From Nitrospirota bacterium (GTDB taxonomy: Bacteria > Nitrospirota > UBA9217): DNA of 64,000 bases. The notes under the pieces were generated by a model, which saw only the letters and a program-made list of their open reading frames with translations, was not told the DNA's origin and made no database searches. The stretch covers positions 512,001-576,000 of the forward strand of contig OY760142.1 of NCBI GenBank assembly GCA_963663225.1, read 5' to 3'. A program made the translations under genes and the position numbers. Of this stretch, positions 8,310 to 17,844 are shown piece by piece. How positions within the stretch are numbered: position 1 is the first letter of the stretch; every line of letters begins with the position of its first letter.

Positions 8310-8854
8310 CGACGCTGCATCTCCTCATAAGCCAGTTGCAGCGCGTAGCCGCAGAGCGTGTGGCCTATTTCCCTTGGCGCCGGCGCGTCCGGCAGAGCCT
8401 GCCCAACCAGCTGCTGTGCGAGATAGGGGACATCCGGGCATCCCCCGCCCGAAATATTTACTATGAGAAGGGTTTCCTTTTCCACGGTCAGCTTCATGTT
8501 CGCTGCGCGGACCATGAGGTAGCGGCCAAAGTCTTTCACCTGAAAAAGATCGACCGGTTTGAGCAGCAGGCTGTGGACAGGAACAATCTGAAGCGGAGGG
8601 ATTTCCGCTTTTTTCAGAATACGGACGATATGCAGCTGCTCAATGAGAGGAAATTCAATAACAAGATCACAACCCGTGCGGAGTTCGGGTGGAGGCCCCA
8701 TGACCCGGATCTGCCAGCCGTCCGCCTTCAGTACGCTTTCGGCCCGGATAACCTCGCTGGTATTTTCAAAAACCAGAATTCCCAGGTCCGCGGCCGGAGC
8801 GCCGGCAGGTTCATTCTTTTTCTTTTTTAAAAAATCAAACGCCACGGCAATCAC
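8297..8854 (-). CDS. DUF3343 domain protein
   Basis: 'LVFENTSEVIRAE...PPPELRTGCDL...SGGGCPDVP...TLCGY'; GTG start overlaps the tusA stop (GTGA). Confidence 0.8.
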   Translation of the reverse strand: MIAVAFDFLKKKKNEPAGAPAADLGILVFENTSEVIRAESVLKADGWQIRVMGPPPELRTGCDLVIEFPLIEQLHIVRILKKAEIPPLQIVPVHSLLLKPVDLFQVKDFGRYLMVRAANMKLTVEKETLLIVNISGGGCPDVPYLAQQLVGQALPDAPAPREIGHTLCGYALQLAYEEMQRRCLR

Positions 8855-9069
8855 GCTTTTATAATGGCGATCTTGAATCCTCCGCCATCCGGTTGCATGT
8901 CCCGTACCTTCCATCCGAGTGTTTCCACTGCGCGGACCACGTTTTCCTTTGAGGTGTCCGTGTCGACAAGAATGGTAAACGCCTCCAGCGTTGTGTCGGT
9001 GAGCGCGTCGAGCGTGGCAAGAACCGGTTGGGGACAGGAAAGCCCGCGGGTATCGATCACATTGTTCAT
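8851..9069 (-). CDS. tusA: TusA/SirA family sulfur carrier
   Basis: MNNVIDTRGLSCPQPV (CPxP motif); start overlaps the yedE stop. Confidence 0.9.
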   Translation of the reverse strand: MNNVIDTRGLSCPQPVLATLDALTDTTLEAFTILVDTDTSKENVVRAVETLGWKVRDMQPDGGGFKIAIIKA

Positions 9070-10175
9070 GCAGCACCTCCGGAGGCGATTTTCTTTCTCA
9101 TGGTAAAACCGACAAGAAGGCAGAACAGAAGGCCGATAACAACGCCCGATATGCCGAAGGGTCCGATTCCTTTTGGAGAACTCGCGAGTCCAAAGTTGTG
9201 CGCGAAGGCCGCCCCGACCATCATCCCGACGACAAACACAGCGGCATCTCCGTCCCCTTCTCCTGATAAAAACAACTGGCGTCCAGGACATCCTCCTGCC
9301 AGTGTAAACGCGAGTCCGGCAAGCATCATGCCCAGGAAATTCCAAATGCTCATGGTATGGGCGACCGGCTGGTTTTCAAATCCCGGCTTGAATTGTCCAA
9401 GGGCCAGATTGACAACAAAGGCAGTCACGGCAAGGCCCGCGACGCCGTAAAACAGATGGGACTGCCGGAACAGGATCAAATCCCTGAACGCACCCATGGT
9501 GCAAAAACGGCTCCGCTGGGCCAGAAAACCGACCGCCAGCCCCGCGCCAAGCGACAGGAGGAGCGGCGCGTGCATGGCTCCCGGTCCCTTGACACTGTAA
9601 AAAAGAACAGTGTTTTTTTCCTGCCCCTCGATCTGGGGATACACCAGCATCAGCACAAGGAAGCCCATCATGATAAGGGGCATCATCCAGCCGACCGCGG
9701 TATGAGTCGATTGCGATCTGTTCAAACTGTATCCGGCTTTCAAAAACCGCGTGCCGATCCAGATGCCGGCTACAAGACCGAGCAGGCCAAAGATTGCATT
9801 CGCATCACCTCCGGTCAACCGCAGCACTGCGCGCCAGGGACATCCCAAAAAAACCAGGGCACCGATCATCGCGAAAACCCCCAGCAGAAACCGCACGATG
9901 GGATCCGAACCGGCCCGGGGACGAAACTCTTTAAAGCTGTATGCGGCAACCATGGCCCCCAACACAAACCCGATAAGTTCAGGCCGCATGTACTGAACGA
10001 TGTCCGCGCGATGCAACCCCAAAGACCCGGCAATGTCGCGCTCAAAGCAGGCAACACAAATACCCATGTTTCCCGGGTTCCCAAAATACTGCAGCAACGG
10101 TGCAAATAAGCCGATACACGCACCGACGCCGATGATTCCCCATTTTGTCGCAAAAAAATTCTTCAAAACAGCCAT
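9066..10175 (-). CDS. yedE: YedE/YeeE family putative selenium/thiosulfate transporter
   Basis: 'GNPGNMGICVACFERD', 'FLGCPWR', 'QRSRFC', 'GGCPGRQ'; multiple TM helices. Confidence 0.93.
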   Translation of the reverse strand: MAVLKNFFATKWGIIGVGACIGLFAPLLQYFGNPGNMGICVACFERDIAGSLGLHRADIVQYMRPELIGFVLGAMVAAYSFKEFRPRAGSDPIVRFLLGVFAMIGALVFLGCPWRAVLRLTGGDANAIFGLLGLVAGIWIGTRFLKAGYSLNRSQSTHTAVGWMMPLIMMGFLVLMLVYPQIEGQEKNTVLFYSVKGPGAMHAPLLLSLGAGLAVGFLAQRSRFCTMGAFRDLILFRQSHLFYGVAGLAVTAFVVNLALGQFKPGFENQPVAHTMSIWNFLGMMLAGLAFTLAGGCPGRQLFLSGEGDGDAAVFVVGMMVGAAFAHNFGLASSPKGIGPFGISGVVIGLLFCLLVGFTMRKKIASGGAA

Positions 10176-10303
10176 GTCATCTCCTTCACTGTATTTGCTT
10201 GTTTATTGACCGGGATAAAACATGCAGCGATAACGTAATTGATATTCTCGGAACAGGATGGAGCATCAGCAACACCGCAGCAATTATTCTGTATTTCTGC
10301 GTC

Positions 10304-10449
10304 TGGAGAGAGGAAGTGGGAATCGAACCCACCACGGTTCTCAGATGCATTCCGGCGTAAATATCCGGCAGATATCTCCGCCCGACTGTTGCATCGAACC
10401 GTGATTCTGGTTTTGCAGACCAGGAGGGGCGCCAGCCCCATTACCCCTC
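10304..10449 (-). tRNA. tRNA-Sec-like tRNA with Cys anticodon GCA and a 74-nt variable region (selC*-like)
   Basis: 5' GAGGGGTA; D-arm GGGGC-TGGC-GCCCC; anticodon arm CTGGT-CTGCAAA-ACCAG; long structured variable arm; T-arm GTGGG-TTCGATT-CCCAC; 3' TTCCTCTC-T-CCA. Confidence 0.85.
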
Positions 10450-10459
10450 ACGGCTATTG

Positions 10460-11512
10460 TTACTGCGTAACGAATATTTTACCGGGTTCCCCGGCAACGA
10501 CCTCACCGATCACTGCCCTGGTCTCGACACCCCGTACAGCGAGGCCGGAAAGAAGTGAATCGAGTTTGTCAGCGGCAACAGCGATCAGAAGTCCTCCGGA
10601 GGTCTGTGCATCTGCGAGAATCAGCTTATCAGTTTCAGCTATTTTTTTATCCCAAACAACCTTCTCGTCCACATACCGCAGGTTTGTACGGGAGCCGCCG
10701 GGAATCCACAAGCGTGCTAGATCCCCTACCCCGTCGAAAACCGGGACCTTTGAAAGTGAAAGTCGTGCACTGACACAACTGCGATGCAGCATCTCATGCA
10801 AATGACCGAGCAAACCGAATCCGGTGATGTCCGTCGCCCCTTTTACGCCTACATCCACCATGGCTTCAGACGCCGGTCTGTTCAGTGTCTTCATGCTCTT
10901 TGTTGCTGTTTCAATCAATGAGTTTGCTGCTTTGCCCACTTTAATTGCCGTGGAAATAATGCCGATACCGAGCGGCTTGGTCAGCACGAGTAAATCACCC
11001 GCGCAGGCGCCGCCCTTCAAAACAACCTTGTCAGGATGCACAATGCCGGTCACCGCCATACCGTACTTCGGCTCTTTGTCATCAATGGAGTGGCCGCCGA
11101 TGATGCTCACCCCGGCTTCCTGCGCCTTTTCAGCGCCGCCCCGCATGATTTTGCCGAGGACATCAAGGGACGCATCCTTCGGGAAGGCAACAAGGTTCAG
11201 CGCGGTAAGCGGTTTGGCTCCCATGGCGTAAATATCGCTCAGTGCGTTCGCCGCTGCGATGGCCCCGAAATCATAGGGGTCGTCGACAATCGGGGTAAAA
11301 AAATCCACGGTCTGAACCATGGCGATTTCATCGCTCAGCTTATAAACGCCGGCGTCGTCCTCTATGCCGGTAAGGACACGGGGGTCCGTGATCGCGGGAA
11401 GCGTCTGCAGAATCCGGTCCAACAACGTTGGACCCAGTTTGCAGGCTCAGCCCGCGCCATGGCTCAAGGCCGTCAGTTTCATCTGGCCGGAAAGGTCTTT
11501 CTCTTCAGCCAC
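10460..11512 (-). CDS. selD: Selenophosphate synthetase with in-frame UGA (Sec) at the active site
   Basis: GTG start at 11512 with RBS GAGGAGGA gives ...MKLTALSHGAG-TGA(11447-11449)-ACKLGP...; also 'EDDAGVY', 'QTVDFFTPIVDDPY', 'DAQTSGGLL'. Confidence 0.95.
11416..11434 (-). promoter_or_regulatory. Bacterial SECIS-like hairpin
   Basis: GGTCCAAC-GTT-GTTGGACC perfect stem with G in the loop, 12 nt 3' of the selD UGA. Confidence 0.75.
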
Positions 11513-11714
11513 AAAATCCTCCTCTCCGAGCGCAGTCCTTATTCACCCGCCGCAGACTAGCACCCGATACCTGAAAGAGTCAAATTGATAATATCTATGT
11601 TTTATGGAAAAAGGATAGGAATAAACAATGCCTGCCCGCAGAAACTGCCGGGAAATATGCGAACAGAATGAAAAACAGGATAGGCCTGATACGCAGATCC
11701 GGTTTTTCCGGCCA

Positions 11715-12656
11715 TTATTTGATAATCAGCCTGGGTTCTTCGATAAATACCTTTGAACCGGGAGGGACTGAATGCGTGATCCAGACATTGCCGCCGATTA
11801 CCGAACCTGCGCCAATCACAGTATCTCCGCCCAATACGGTCACTCCGGAATACAGAATGACATCACGCTCAATGGTCGGATGGCGTTTTTCCGTCCTGAG
11901 CTGCTCGACTTCCGTCTTGGGAACAGACAGGGCCCCCAGGGTGACCCCTTGATAGATTCGGACATGATCGCCTATTACTGTGGTTTCCCCGATGACGACG
12001 CCCGTGCCATGGTCGATAAAGAAGCTTTCCCCGATCCGCGCCCCGGGGTGGATGTCGATGCCGGTCACACTGTGGGCGTATTCTGACATGATCCGCGGCA
12101 CCAGAGGCACATTCTGCCTGTACAACTGATGGGCCATCCGCTGCACAGCGACCGCAAAGAGTCCGGGATAGCTGAAAATAATTTCATCATAACTCTTGGC
12201 TGCCGGATCGCCGTCATGGGCTGCGCGTATATCATCGGCAAGAAGCATCTTGATCCGGGGAAGCTCCTTCATAAAATTGATCACAATTTCTTTTGCCTGC
12301 TCCTCGCAGGTAAAGCAGGTCATGCCCCGTCTGCGGCATTCATGGCGCAGCGCGAATGCCACCTGCTGAGACAGCGCTTCATAGAACGCAGTGGCCTCCT
12401 GGCCGTAATAATAGATGAGATTGACCTTGTCAATGCGTATGCGCGAGAAGTATCCCGGGAACAGCAGCCGGCACGCCATCTGAATGATCTCAATAATCGA
12501 CTCCTTGGAAGGCAGCGGCTCTAGATCCACGTGGTTGAAACAGGTGTCTCCGTCGCAGGTGCGCACGAGCTGTTCAACAATACCCGGGATCTCATTCCGG
12601 TATTCCTTGATTTTTTTCCTGTTACTGTCGCATTGATCAGACGTCCGCTTGTCCAT
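11715..12656 (-). CDS. cysE: Serine O-acetyltransferase
   Basis: 'GDPAAKSYDEIIFSYPG', 'GIDIHPGA.IG..FFIDHGTGVVIGET', 'KRHPTI'. Confidence 0.95.
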   Translation of the reverse strand: MDKRTSDQCDSNRKKIKEYRNEIPGIVEQLVRTCDGDTCFNHVDLEPLPSKESIIEIIQMACRLLFPGYFSRIRIDKVNLIYYYGQEATAFYEALSQQVAFALRHECRRRGMTCFTCEEQAKEIVINFMKELPRIKMLLADDIRAAHDGDPAAKSYDEIIFSYPGLFAVAVQRMAHQLYRQNVPLVPRIMSEYAHSVTGIDIHPGARIGESFFIDHGTGVVIGETTVIGDHVRIYQGVTLGALSVPKTEVEQLRTEKRHPTIERDVILYSGVTVLGGDTVIGAGSVIGGNVWITHSVPPGSKVFIEEPRLIIK

Positions 12657-12821
12657 TCAGACCTACCTCCGAAAAAAAACCTTTTTAGTGCGATTTCTAT
12701 TGTAGCCCATCTGCTTTCTTTACACAAGGGAGAAGAATGCGCCGTCTGGACACTCCTCCGAAGTTACGTTATACTGATGACAGCGGTACCTATATCAGTT
12801 TTTGTACGAGGTTATGCACTG

Positions 12822-13409
12822 ATGGAATTTATCCAGCCTTTTTTAATGAGTTTCATACCTCTCATGGTCGCCCTGGATGCGCCGGGAACGCTTCCCATCT
12901 TCGTCGGAATGACTGAAGACATGGAAAAGCAGGAGCGGGCGCGGGTGGTCCGCCAGTCGATCGTCACGGCGCTTCTTGTGACCATGGGATTCATTCTGAT
13001 CGGGCGGGCAGTCTTTAAAGCGCTCGGAATCCTGGTCGAAGACTTCATGATCGCGGGCGGCATCGTCCTGCTGATCATTGCCATTTATGATGTTCTGCGT
13101 GCGGGAGAGCGTAAGGTGTTGCAGAGCCGGGAACTCGGCGTCGTACCGCTCGGTACGCCCCTCATCGCGGGACCGGCAACGCTCACAACCGCCCTCGTCC
13201 TCGTCGGAAGCTATGGCTATGCCCCGGTCATGCTGTCCCTGGCCGCCAACCTGATCATTGCCTGGATTATTTTTTCCCAATCAGACCTGATCATCCGGCT
13301 GATCGGCATCAGCGGTTCCCGGGGTTTTGCCAAGGTCATGGCATTGATTCTGGCTGCTTTTGCCGTGAAAATGATCAGAACCGGCCTCATGGCCTTTATG
13401 CATGGTTGA
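12822..13409 (+). CDS. MarC family membrane protein
   Basis: 'FIPLMVALDAPG', 'VVPLGTPLIAGP'; six TM helices. Confidence 0.9.
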   Translation: MEFIQPFLMSFIPLMVALDAPGTLPIFVGMTEDMEKQERARVVRQSIVTALLVTMGFILIGRAVFKALGILVEDFMIAGGIVLLIIAIYDVLRAGERKVLQSRELGVVPLGTPLIAGPATLTTALVLVGSYGYAPVMLSLAANLIIAWIIFSQSDLIIRLIGISGSRGFAKVMALILAAFAVKMIRTGLMAFMHG

Positions 13410-13464
13410 GTACGATACGGAAAGCAGTACGAAAGAGGAATTTCGGAATACTGTAATGATGCGT

Positions 13465-14595
13465 TCAGCGAGACCGCTTCTGAGGTCCTTTGCGCCGTAT
13501 GTATCCGGCGACCATGAGGTCTTGTCCCACGAACCGCGATGTCACCCCGGTGAGCCCTACTGCCTGGGCCAGTTTTAATGGTGACTCCCCGCCTATCGAA
13601 CAGAGTGAGTCTTTTCCGGTCATAAGCAACGGCGCGATAAACAATACAATTTTATCAACAATACCCGACCTGAGAGCGGCTGCATTGACCTCGGCTCCGC
13701 CTTCTACCAGGAGAGACATGATGCCCTTTGCCCCCAGTTTTTTCATCAGGTTCTTTAAGTCCAGGCGGTCGCGTTCCGCCGCAACTGTGATCACTTCCGC
13801 TCCCAACTTCTGAAGTTTCAAGATTTTGCCGGGAGGCGCATTCTTCTTCGCGGCAATGATGGTGCGCGCCGTTGACTTGCCGGTCAGGACCCTTGCCCTG
13901 AGCGGAATACGCAAGTGGGTATCAACAATGACCCGGACAGGGTCGCGGCCGCCCGGTATCCTCGCGGTCAGAGCCGGATCGTCTTTCAAGACGGTATTAA
14001 TGCCCGCAAGGATCGCATCATTGATGCTGCGGAGCCGATGGCCTTCCTTACGCGCTTGCTCTCCGGTTATCCACTTCGATTCTCCGGAAGCGGTTGCAAT
14101 TTTCCCATCCAGGGTCTGGGCGATTTTCAGCGTCACAAACGGCATCCCTGTGGTGACATGCCTGATAAACGCTTCATTCAAGGTTCGTGCTTCCGCTTCG
14201 AGGACGCCCAGGGTCACGGTAATCCCGGCGGCGCGAAGAGCCCGCAGTCCCTTGCCGGAAACACGGGGATTCGGATCAATCATCGCCACCACCACGCGTT
14301 TTACCCTGCTCTGGATGACAAGCGGAGTACACGGCGGCGTGCGTTTCCCCGTATGCGAGCACGGTTCCAGCGTGACATACAGGTCGGCGCCGCGGGCTTG
14401 TTCTCCGGCCTGTTGAAGCGCGTGCACTTCCGCGTGAGGGCCGCCGGCCCTCCGGTGAAAGCCACGGCCGATAATTGCGCCGTTCTTCACCACGACCGCC
14501 CCGACCATGGGGTTCGGGCTTGTTCTGCCCCTGGCCTTTGCAGCAAGCCGCAGTGCCACGCGCATATATTGTTCGTCAAGAGCCTGTTGTTTCAT
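13465..14595 (-). CDS. ribD: Riboflavin biosynthesis deaminase/reductase
   Basis: 'PNPMVG', 'HAE', 'TLEPCSH...TPPC', 'SLLVEGG'. Confidence 0.96.
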   Translation of the reverse strand: MKQQALDEQYMRVALRLAAKARGRTSPNPMVGAVVVKNGAIIGRGFHRRAGGPHAEVHALQQAGEQARGADLYVTLEPCSHTGKRTPPCTPLVIQSRVKRVVVAMIDPNPRVSGKGLRALRAAGITVTLGVLEAEARTLNEAFIRHVTTGMPFVTLKIAQTLDGKIATASGESKWITGEQARKEGHRLRSINDAILAGINTVLKDDPALTARIPGGRDPVRVIVDTHLRIPLRARVLTGKSTARTIIAAKKNAPPGKILKLQKLGAEVITVAAERDRLDLKNLMKKLGAKGIMSLLVEGGAEVNAAALRSGIVDKIVLFIAPLLMTGKDSLCSIGGESPLKLAQAVGLTGVTSRFVGQDLMVAGYIRRKGPQKRSR

Positions 14596-14851
14596 AGGGA
14601 CCAATGAGAAAACGTGCAAAACAATGAAGCAACCATCCTGTCGTTGCCGTTGTTGAATTATACCAGATTGCCCGTTGTTTGCAATCTCTTACACGAAACA
14701 ATGCGCTGTCCCGGCTGAAACCATTTGTCTTTATGTTCTTTCCGGCATGCAGATAAAACCGGATATATATTGACTTATTTTATTTTTTATACTAAGGTAA
14801 CAAATATTTTTTTATTCATACTTGTAAGAATACCGCAAACGGGGGGCTGGT

Positions 14852-16867
14852 ATGCAGAACCGGGGTTTGTCTTTTTTTCTGTTCCTCATGATTTGTTCTC
14901 TGGTCCTCTCCCTTTCCGCAAGCTACGCACAATCGGAGTCCTCGCCGGCCCCTGATCCATCAGCTGAAGAAATAATGCTGTTTCAGGAAATCCCCTCAGT
15001 CTACAGCGCATCAAAATACGAACAAAAAGTGACCGAAGCGCCGTCATCGATCAGTATTGTGACCGCGGCTGAAATTAAGAAATACGGATACCGGACCCTT
15101 GCGGACATCCTTCGCAGCATTCGGAGTTTTTATGTAACGTACGACCGTAACTACAGCTATATAGGCGCGCGGGGTTTCGGCCGCCCCGGAGATTATAACA
15201 ACCGGATGCTCCTTCTTATCGACGGTCATAGAACGAACGACAACCTGTATGATATGGTTTTCATCGGCACCGATGGCATCCTTGATATAGATCTTATCGA
15301 CCGGGTCGAGGTCATCCGCGGTCCCGGTTCATCCCTGTATGGAAGCAATGCTTTATTCGCCGTTGTAAATATCATCACCAGGCGGGGTAGGGAGTTGAAA
15401 AGCGCTGAACTGTCCGCTGAAGCAGGACGGTATGATACCTACAAAGGCAGAACAACCTACGGAGACAGATACCAAAACGGCCTTGAAATACTGGCGTCCG
15501 CGACAGGATACAACAGCAGCGGACAGAGGAGTCTTTACTTCAAAGAGTTCGACCCCGCTTTTTCTGCCGATCCGAGAGCGGCAAACGGCGGTATCACGAA
15601 TCACACGGATTATGACCGATTCTATAGCTTTTTTACCAAAACATCCATCAGGGATTTCACCCTGTCGGCTGCGTATTCCACAAGGACCAAAGGTATTCCG
15701 ACCGGAGCATATGGGACTGATTTTTTTACCACGGGAAATAAAACATTCGATGACCGCGGCTACGTGGACCTGAAATATGAACACGGATTCGGAAACCAAC
15801 TGGATATGACCGCTCGGTTCTTCTATGATTCCTACAAATACACGGGGCATTACCTGTATTCGGGTGTTCTGAATATGGACCAGGGCGAGGCTGAATGGTG
15901 GGGCGGAGAAATCAAACTCTCGTCACGTCCCTTTGATTTCATGCGGCTCATACTCGGAGCCGAGTATACATATAACAACCGCCTGGATCAGCGCAATTAC
16001 AACACTGCTCCCTATACGCTCTATCTTGACGACAAACGCCGTTCACAGGTTTTTGCAGCGTATGTTCAGGGCGAGTTCAACGTCACGAAGTGGCTCAACG
16101 TTACCGCAGGCGGACGGTATGATCACTACGACACGTTCGGTTCAACCGTGAACCCGAGACTCGCTTTCATCGTGACGCCTCTTGACAAAAGCGTCATTAA
16201 AATCCTGTACGGCACTGCCTTCCGCGCTCCAAGCCCTTTTGAATTGTATTATCAAAGTTCGACAAATACACCTAATCCCGACCTGAAATCTGAAAAAATA
16301 GAAACCATTGAGCTGGCCTATGAACAGTACTTCGGAGACCATTTCCGCGCAACAACCACCTGTTTTTTTTACGACATCAATAATCTTATCAACCAAATCG
16401 ACGCGGGCGGCGGAAAAACCGTTTTCCGGAACTTGAAGCAGGCGGAGTCTCAAGGCATGGAATTCGAGCTGGAAAACAAATGGGGAAACGGCATGGAGGG
16501 AAGATTCAGCTATACCCTTCAGAAAACCGTCGACGGACAGACACATCAGCTCCTTTCCAATTCCCCCGAGCATCTGCTGAAACTGAATATCAGCGTACCG
16601 CTCTGGAAGGACAAGCTCTTCGTAAGTATTGAAGAACAATATACCAGCAAGAGAAAAACGTATCTGGGCAGCTACACATCCGATGCCGCCGTTACGAACA
16701 TTACCGTGTACGGACAACGCTTCGCAAAAGGACTTGAATTGTCAGCGAGCATCTACAACCTTTTCAACCGTACATATGCCGATCCTGTTTCTCCCGATCT
16801 AAATCCACTCAATGCCGTACAGCAGGACGGCCGTTCCTACCGGCTGAAACTGACCTATGCGTTTTAA
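14852..16867 (+). CDS. TonB-dependent receptor
   Basis: Plug domain 'RVEVIRGPGSSLYG', beta-barrel, C-terminal Phe. Confidence 0.93.
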   Translation: MQNRGLSFFLFLMICSLVLSLSASYAQSESSPAPDPSAEEIMLFQEIPSVYSASKYEQKVTEAPSSISIVTAAEIKKYGYRTLADILRSIRSFYVTYDRNYSYIGARGFGRPGDYNNRMLLLIDGHRTNDNLYDMVFIGTDGILDIDLIDRVEVIRGPGSSLYGSNALFAVVNIITRRGRELKSAELSAEAGRYDTYKGRTTYGDRYQNGLEILASATGYNSSGQRSLYFKEFDPAFSADPRAANGGITNHTDYDRFYSFFTKTSIRDFTLSAAYSTRTKGIPTGAYGTDFFTTGNKTFDDRGYVDLKYEHGFGNQLDMTARFFYDSYKYTGHYLYSGVLNMDQGEAEWWGGEIKLSSRPFDFMRLILGAEYTYNNRLDQRNYNTAPYTLYLDDKRRSQVFAAYVQGEFNVTKWLNVTAGGRYDHYDTFGSTVNPRLAFIVTPLDKSVIKILYGTAFRAPSPFELYYQSSTNTPNPDLKSEKIETIELAYEQYFGDHFRATTTCFFYDINNLINQIDAGGGKTVFRNLKQAESQGMEFELENKWGNGMEGRFSYTLQKTVDGQTHQLLSNSPEHLLKLNISVPLWKDKLFVSIEEQYTSKRKTYLGSYTSDAAVTNITVYGQRFAKGLELSASIYNLFNRTYADPVSPDLNPLNAVQQDGRSYRLKLTYAF

Positions 16868-17828
16868 TATCGGGCATAACCGCATGAGAATGATCCGTAT
16901 CATTCTTTTTTTGACCGCGGCCGTGTCTACTGCGTTCTGGCCGTTTCTTGCAGGACATGCCGCAGCGGGAACGAAAATTGCCGTGCTGGTAAGTTCCTCG
17001 GAAGCGCCTTTTGACGAAGCGCTTGCCGGGTTCCAGGAATATCTCTCAAAACGAGGCCTCGATCCTGATTACGATATCTATCGCCTCGGAGGCGACGCAT
17101 CACAGACTGAACAGGACATTCAGAAAATAAAAAAAACCGGGGCGAGAGTTCTTTTCACCCTGGGTTCAGTCGCCACACATGCGGCTGCTCATGCTCAAAA
17201 AACATCTGCGGTTCCTATTGTTGCGTGTCTGGTGCTGCGTTCGGAATCACTTTCCAAAATACCGGGTGTCACCGGCGTCGGTCTCGAGTTTCCGGCGGAA
17301 ATCCAATTGCAATGGATAAAAATTATTCTTCCGGACGTTAAAACGATCGGCGTGCTCTATAACCCTGAAGAGAATAGAAACCGGATCGCCCATGCCGGAC
17401 GCATCGCCTCCCGCATGGGTCTTCGGCTTGAAGCTATCGAGGTGCACGCTCCCCGGGATGTTCCTTCCGCGCTTGCGACCCTTGCCAAAAATGTCGATGT
17501 GTTCTGGGGCCTTCCCGACTCTCTCATCCTGTCTCCTCATCTGGCAAAACACATTCTGCTTTTTGCATTTCGAAATAATATCCCCTTTATAGGCCCCTCC
17601 GACAGATGGACAAAAGCCGGAGCGCTGTATTCACTCGACTGGGATTACCGAGACCTGGGGGCACAGTGCGGAGGAATGGCTCTGCAGATACTGCAAGGTA
17701 TTTCACCGGATAAAATTCCACCCGCATTCCCGAGAAAAGTACAGTATTCCATAAATATGAAAACTGCCGAATATCTGAAGCTGTCCATTCCTGACAGTGT
17801 TCTACAAAAAGCACGCAGCGTTTACTAA
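16857..17828 (+). CDS. Periplasmic ABC_sub_bind-type binding protein (no permease or ATPase nearby)
   Basis: Signal peptide, 'KTIGVLYNP', 'GALYS', 'INMKTA..L.LSIP'. Confidence 0.85.
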   Translation: MRFNIGHNRMRMIRIILFLTAAVSTAFWPFLAGHAAAGTKIAVLVSSSEAPFDEALAGFQEYLSKRGLDPDYDIYRLGGDASQTEQDIQKIKKTGARVLFTLGSVATHAAAHAQKTSAVPIVACLVLRSESLSKIPGVTGVGLEFPAEIQLQWIKIILPDVKTIGVLYNPEENRNRIAHAGRIASRMGLRLEAIEVHAPRDVPSALATLAKNVDVFWGLPDSLILSPHLAKHILLFAFRNNIPFIGPSDRWTKAGALYSLDWDYRDLGAQCGGMALQILQGISPDKIPPAFPRKVQYSINMKTAEYLKLSIPDSVLQKARSVY

Positions 17829-17844
17829 AGGACGAAGGTGCGGC

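Noticed and set aside
10163-10441. 92-aa ORF between selD and yedE
   Set aside because: It overlaps the tRNA-like gene and has no protein motifs.
10304-10449. Canonical tRNA-Sec (selC)
   Set aside because: The anticodon is GCA not TCA, the discriminator is U not G, and the variable arm is far too long.
11447-11449. selD as a nonsense pseudogene
   Set aside because: The TGA sits exactly at the catalytic Cys/Sec position and is followed by a SECIS-like hairpin.
12531-12821. N-terminal extension of MarC (and similar extensions on DUF3343, tusA, psd, ilvB)
   Set aside because: These come from longest-ORF start calling; several overlap neighbouring genes, and better downstream starts exist.
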